Below, piece by piece: positions 59,405-64,000 of a stretch of 64,000 nt of DNA (its first letter is position 1; each line of letters starts with the position of its first letter). The stretch lies in assembly GCA_964270895.1 (NCBI GenBank), contig OZ185435.1; one strand, given 5' to 3'. The position numbers were made by a program, and so were the translations under genes. The notes beneath the pieces were generated by a model. That model ran no database searches. It was given only the letters and a program-made list of their open reading frames with translations, and was not told where the DNA came from. The DNA comes from Podarcis filfolensis. Taxonomy: Eukaryota.

Positions 59405-61972
59405 CATGTTTTTTCTTGAAATTTTTATTCCAAAATCCACCCCATGAAACAAGGTCTCCCTTCAGAGGCTGGTATCTTGTCTTCCCCCTTTCACTTGTCT
59501 CTCATTCCTGTGGTAATATGTTTGAGGAAAGATTCTCTAAAACCATTATTGGCAAATGATTAGAAAATGAAAAAATCCCAACTAGCTCCCCTCCCTTTAG
59601 CCCCAAATATCCCCCAACCCTAAACATGTCAACCGAGAGAGCGCAAGACTTGGTTTCTTTTACCCTTAATGTTTACATTTAATTTTAAAGCACAACATTG
59701 GAGATTGACTCTAAGTTAGCAACAAAAAATATATATTTACAATTTCTTCAAAAAAACAAAAGAACACAAAAGAACAACCAAACCCTTTTAGACAATAGTG
59801 ACTTTCTTTAGGGAGATTTATTTAGGGAGCATGTTTTTGTTTTAAATCACTAAGTGATTTCATATATAATTTCTCTTTCCTTTATGTCATCACTTGCCCT
59901 CTGAGGTGGGGGCCAGTTTAGGCATTGAAGTATCACAATTTGCTTTGAAGTTTAAGCCACAGTCATTTGAGGGCCACATTTGAGAAGGCTGTAGGACAGC
60001 GAAGCCAATACCCCACCCGATCAGTCTGCTACTTGTTTTATCCCTCTTGCCGCAGGACGAGATTCTTCCCAGACTAATGCTCCTGACATGCCAACTTGCT
60101 GCATTTCAGCACTTCTCCGGCTGACCAATGCATATGGAGAGTTGTGAAGGTGCTCCCACTTTGGAAAAACAAAACAAAACACAAAATATCCAGAGCCTAG
60201 AGATCTCCGTGGGAGTTATCTGGGCTGATGCACTTGAACCTCCTATTTATGGCTATTCTCACCTTCCTCTTTTGAAAGAAAACAAAAGCAAGAGATTGAT
60301 TCTACAATATTTTTTTTTCCACAGGAGCCAACACAACAAGGCAGAAGGTTTCCACTTCTAGGAGATCAGTGGGCGTTTTCTGTAGAAAAATTCAATTTGC
60401 AGCAAAGCTCCTGTGTACTGAGGCACTCTGGAACTCATCACACTAGCATTGTCCTCTCGGCAAAGAAGCCTGCTCCTCATGTGGAAGTGAGGGGGAACCT
60501 CTGGGATTCAGTAGATCTAGATATTTATCCCCCACCCCCATCAGTGCAGGGGAAGCTGCTCTTCCCTGAGGCTCAGGTGCCGCAGCATTCAATGCAATCG
60601 GGCTGGGCAATTGAGAGAGCTATGGGGTGGATTCCTCCCCCTCCCTTATTGCTTCAGAAGCAGCGAGGGTGGATTGGGCTTTCCTCCAGATTCCTCCTTT
60701 CCCTTGCTGCGCAGACACTGGAGAGCTCTTTTTTGCCATGCGAGGCTCAGAGGGGGAGGCGGGGTGAAGGGCAGTCTAATTTGTGCTATCGCTATGGGGA
60801 AGAGAGCAGAGTGCAAAGTGTGCATTCAAACCCTGACAAGCTCAGACAGCTGGAAGGAGCATCCAGTCACTCGGGCAGGGGGAAATAAAATAGGGTTCCA
60901 AAATATTACCTTTCTTTCTAAAGTGCAAAAAGCTCTCTGCTGCCCAAGAGAGAAGTTCTTTGGACCGGCCATTCATTGCAAAGAAAGAGAGGCAGCTAAT
61001 GGGGCATTGACCCGTCTCCCAGCTCAAGAGCCAACAGCTATGCACCTCAAGATGGAGGCATTTCTTCGTCGGCCAGCATCTCCCAAGAATGCTCCTTTCC
61101 ACAGACTATGGGACAGAGACCACTTCCGCTGGTGTAAGAAATCCCACTAGGTGCCTCCCAAGCCTCCAAGCTCTGTTGCAGCTTTCCCTCTACAAGCGCC
61201 GCCATCTTTTCAGAGGATGAGCATGCTCGCTTAACTCCCCTTCTTGGGAAAGTTGACGGCAAGAACATGGTTCCCTCCGTATGAACACTTAGCCACCCCC
61301 GCTCTAGTCTCATGTTGGAAGGTGCCTGCAGGCTGACCTGGGGGCACATGGAGAGTCCCTTACCAGACAAGAGGCACTGCTGCTGTAGACATTACACTAC
61401 TGCTCTGCGTAATCAGCCCAGAGCAGTTGCTGCCCGTTCAGCTGCTGAAGGGCAAGGAAAGAAAGCTTAGCAGAGTGTGGAAGGGCAGGAGAAGTGACTC
61501 CCAAGCCCAATGACGTATTAAGAAATTGCATACCAAGACAGCAGGGAAACAGGGTGCAAAAGTGCACCTGTTCTACACCATCCAGGTCTGATCCTCCCCC
61601 CACAATCTGATGGGTAAGTATAGTTGTTTCTTGTGGGATATAATGGTAGAGGGGGAAGAGTTGAGAAGAAAGGAAAGGGGCACGTCCCCCTTGAAAATGC
61701 TGCTACAAAACATCAAGTTAGAGCATGTAGCTGATGAGCAAGCACCCCACAAGAGCACCCGTCCAGCAATCTCGCCACTTCCTCAAATGCCTGGTGAGAT
61801 TTTCTGGTCTGCAGAAGTCCCAAGGAGAGGAGGGACATTACAGTCACAGTCAGACAGGCATCTTCCCTGCCTGTGGATGTGGGGGAAATGGGGGAGGGGA
61901 GGAAAGGGTCTGCTCTCCAAGAGGGGTTTGTCTGGGATCTTTCCTTCTCTTCAGTCTGTGTGTGGCAAATCT
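59405..61972 (-). other. KDM2A: KDM2A 3'UTR (about 2.6 kb; distal end approximate)
   Basis: Follows the TAG at 61973-75; AU-rich terminal segment with AATAAA at 59424-59429. Other AATAAA hexamers lie at 59817-22 and 59176-81. Confidence 0.5.
59424..59429 (-). terminator. Candidate KDM2A polyadenylation signal
   Basis: Minus strand ttttggAATAAAaatttcaag with modestly GU-containing sequence downstream. Confidence 0.45.
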
Positions 61973-62154
61973 CTAGCTGATTTTCTGGATCAGCTTTTCA
62001 TCAGACAGGCAATAGAGGCTGTTGATTGACAGGTCTGAGATGAAGTGCTCACAGGCCTTGCGGGTGATCTGCTTGCAACCACGCAGGTCTATCAGGGTGA
62101 CGTTAGAGATGCGCCGCAGGTACAGCAGGGACTGGTCTGTGAGCTTATTGCAGC
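61973..62154 (-). CDS. KDM2A: KDM2A last coding exon (LRR C-terminus, stop)
   Basis: (G)CNKLTDQSLLYLRRISNVTLIDLRGCKQITRKACEHFISDLSINSLYCLSDEKLIQKIS*; 182 nt; C-terminus is KDM2A-type. Confidence 0.96.
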
Positions 62155-63340
62155 CTGTGGAGAAGATGGCAAGTGCCATTATTTGCATAATGCCTAGCGC
62201 CACAAAGGTGTTCAGAGAACAAATGCACTGGTATAAACACTCAGAAAATACAAAGTGTCCAGACTCTTACATTACACAAATGATTCTTCTGGTTTGCAAG
62301 TGTGATTCTTCTATTCAAACTCTGACTTAAGAGCACTTGCTTGTTTGAATACCAACACACCTCAACCTGATAAGCCTCGCAACTTTTGACAGCTTAATAT
62401 GAACAAGTCTGACTTTTGTATTGACAAGACACACATAGGCAGCCACTCTTTGTGAATCAGGCAACAATGAACCATTAGACCCTTAGTAGCAGTTTCTTAT
62501 GCTAGAGGGAGACAGAAAAGCTGGAACATGATTATTTCCCTTAAGGCTCATTTTCCATCTGGCATGATCTGTCAGCCTGTATTGCATATTGAGGTGGTAT
62601 GTGTTTCTGCTACATAGGGATACTAGCTTCAAATATGTCACTACAAATACTTTTAAAGAAGACAGTATTGTAGTATATCCAGATCTGAATACTTGAAGAT
62701 TAAGTGCAGCCTCAGATTACTATTTTGTTAACCCCACAAACAATGAGGGCTGCGGGGCGGGGAAGGCCTGTAAAAAAAGGGAAATAACACCTGCCTCATT
62801 ATGAGGCTCCTGGGACTAAATCCTTCATTTATCCCTCTGGTCTGGAGCAAAAACTTCTTGGATAAATTTAGATGTATTTTCTCTTTCTTCCAGCAAGAGA
62901 GAAACCTTGGTGAGGCAAGAGGGAATACAGCCTTTACATTAGGGGTAAACTTGTAAGGTGGGCGGAATTGCCCACCTGTCAAAATCCCTTGTGCAGCTGT
63001 GCCCAATAGCCAGCTGGCTGTTGGGTGGGGTGGTGGGGTGAGGACCTCTGCACCAAGAGCTTTGCAAGCCCCTCACAGTGATGGAACAGACAGGCAGACA
63101 GCTGCCTGCTGGATCACTGCACAGGGCTTCCAAAGCTCCAGTTGAGGGGTGGTCGAGTCAAAGCCCACTTTCCCTTGCAAATGCACAATTGGGAGCACAC
63201 CCTGGCAGCCACATCTTTACCTGCTTCACAGCTGAACTGCTGGTGGATCAAATGCGGCCAACAGATCAGAGGTTCCCCACCCATTTTACATGGTCCACAG
63301 CCCTTAGCATGTCGGGGGAAACGATCAAAGATGCACAAAC

Positions 63341-63556
63341 CTGCCATGTTGATTTCAGTGAGCGAGTTTCGCGTGGAAGACCCCACAGCTGTTAATAGGT
63401 TGGTTGACTGGTCCGTAAGGTGATTGCAGTGACTAAGATCAAGTCGTGAGAGCAGAGGCATGTGGCGAATGATGAGCCGGAGTGTGGCATCAGTTATGTC
63501 CAGCCCAGCCAACCGGAAGTCTATCATGTTACGGAGTTTGCTGCGATTGTCTTGGC
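63341..63556 (-). CDS. KDM2A: KDM2A penultimate coding exon (LRR)
   Basis: (S)[71 protein letters not shown](G)|gtttgt; 216 nt. Confidence 0.96.
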
Positions 63557-63750
63557 CTGTAGGAAGATATGCAAGTAAGTCGGAAGGCACAGTCTCTTGT
63601 TTCTCTAGAGCATGCAAGTAGAAATTTCACCCTCTGGTCTGAATTTTTCCCTTTTAAGACCTGCATTGCATCCAACTCTTGTCAGCTTTCTCCCTTCCCC
63701 ACCTGACTAGCAAGCACAACATACTGGTATATCCAGAAGGCAAAACATAC

Positions 63751-63909
63751 TGGGCTTATCTGATGGAGGTGTGAGCAAGTCCCGAATCTGAGGGTCCTTG
63801 ATTCCTACTGCCCACCGAAGATCAAGTGTCCTGAGAAGGGGGCAGGTGGAGGTACTGAGAGCAGACACTGCTGACCAGGAGCAGCCTGCCAAGATGAGGT
63901 CTTTGAGGC
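63751..63909 (-). CDS. KDM2A: KDM2A third-from-last coding exon (LRR); gene continues beyond the window
   Basis: (G)[52 protein letters not shown](S)|gtatgt; 159 nt. Confidence 0.96.
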
Positions 63910-64000
63910 CTGTAGCACAGCAAAAGATGGAAAATATTAGTGCCTTCTACTTCAGAACAGTTATGTTTCATGCAGTTAACAGCATGGAACTAGCCCCAAT

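Noticed and set aside
61973-63909. Assignment to KDM2B
   Set aside because: The terminal SLYCLSDEKLIQKIS and adjacency to GRK2 match KDM2A.

Overview
Vertebrate genomic DNA, most likely from a lacertid lizard (inferred from lacertid-type Sauria SINEs and squamate repeat families). Three genes lie on the minus strand in the order and orientation of the human 11q13 block. They are the last three coding exons and 3'UTR of KDM2A (right end), a complete 21-exon GRK2/ADRBK1 gene (CDS 42758->6594, 2076 nt, 691 aa, all GT-AG junctions, frame closes exactly), and coding exon 1 of ANKRD13D (left end). Introns and intergenic DNA are rich in hAT, pogo/Tigger and Harbinger-like MITEs, Sauria and MIR-like SINEs, and CR1, L2 and Penelope fragments. 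The standout is a 748-bp hAT element at 53999-54746 (perfect 17-bp TIRs, 7/8 TSD). Its interior is a genomic piece resembling sepiapterin reductase (SPR) coding exon 1, with upstream sequence and the intron-1 donor, now decayed mainly by CpG transitions. This looks like a Pack-MULE-like gene capture of a pterin-pathway gene. Other leads: a possible unannotated in-frame exon in GRK2 intron 15, a compact regulatory module at the end of the GRK2 3'UTR, a Penelope hammerhead-ribozyme relic, and MITEs carrying the ZNF143/THAP11 motif. Comparisons to human proteins and repeat consensuses are from memory; no database search was run.
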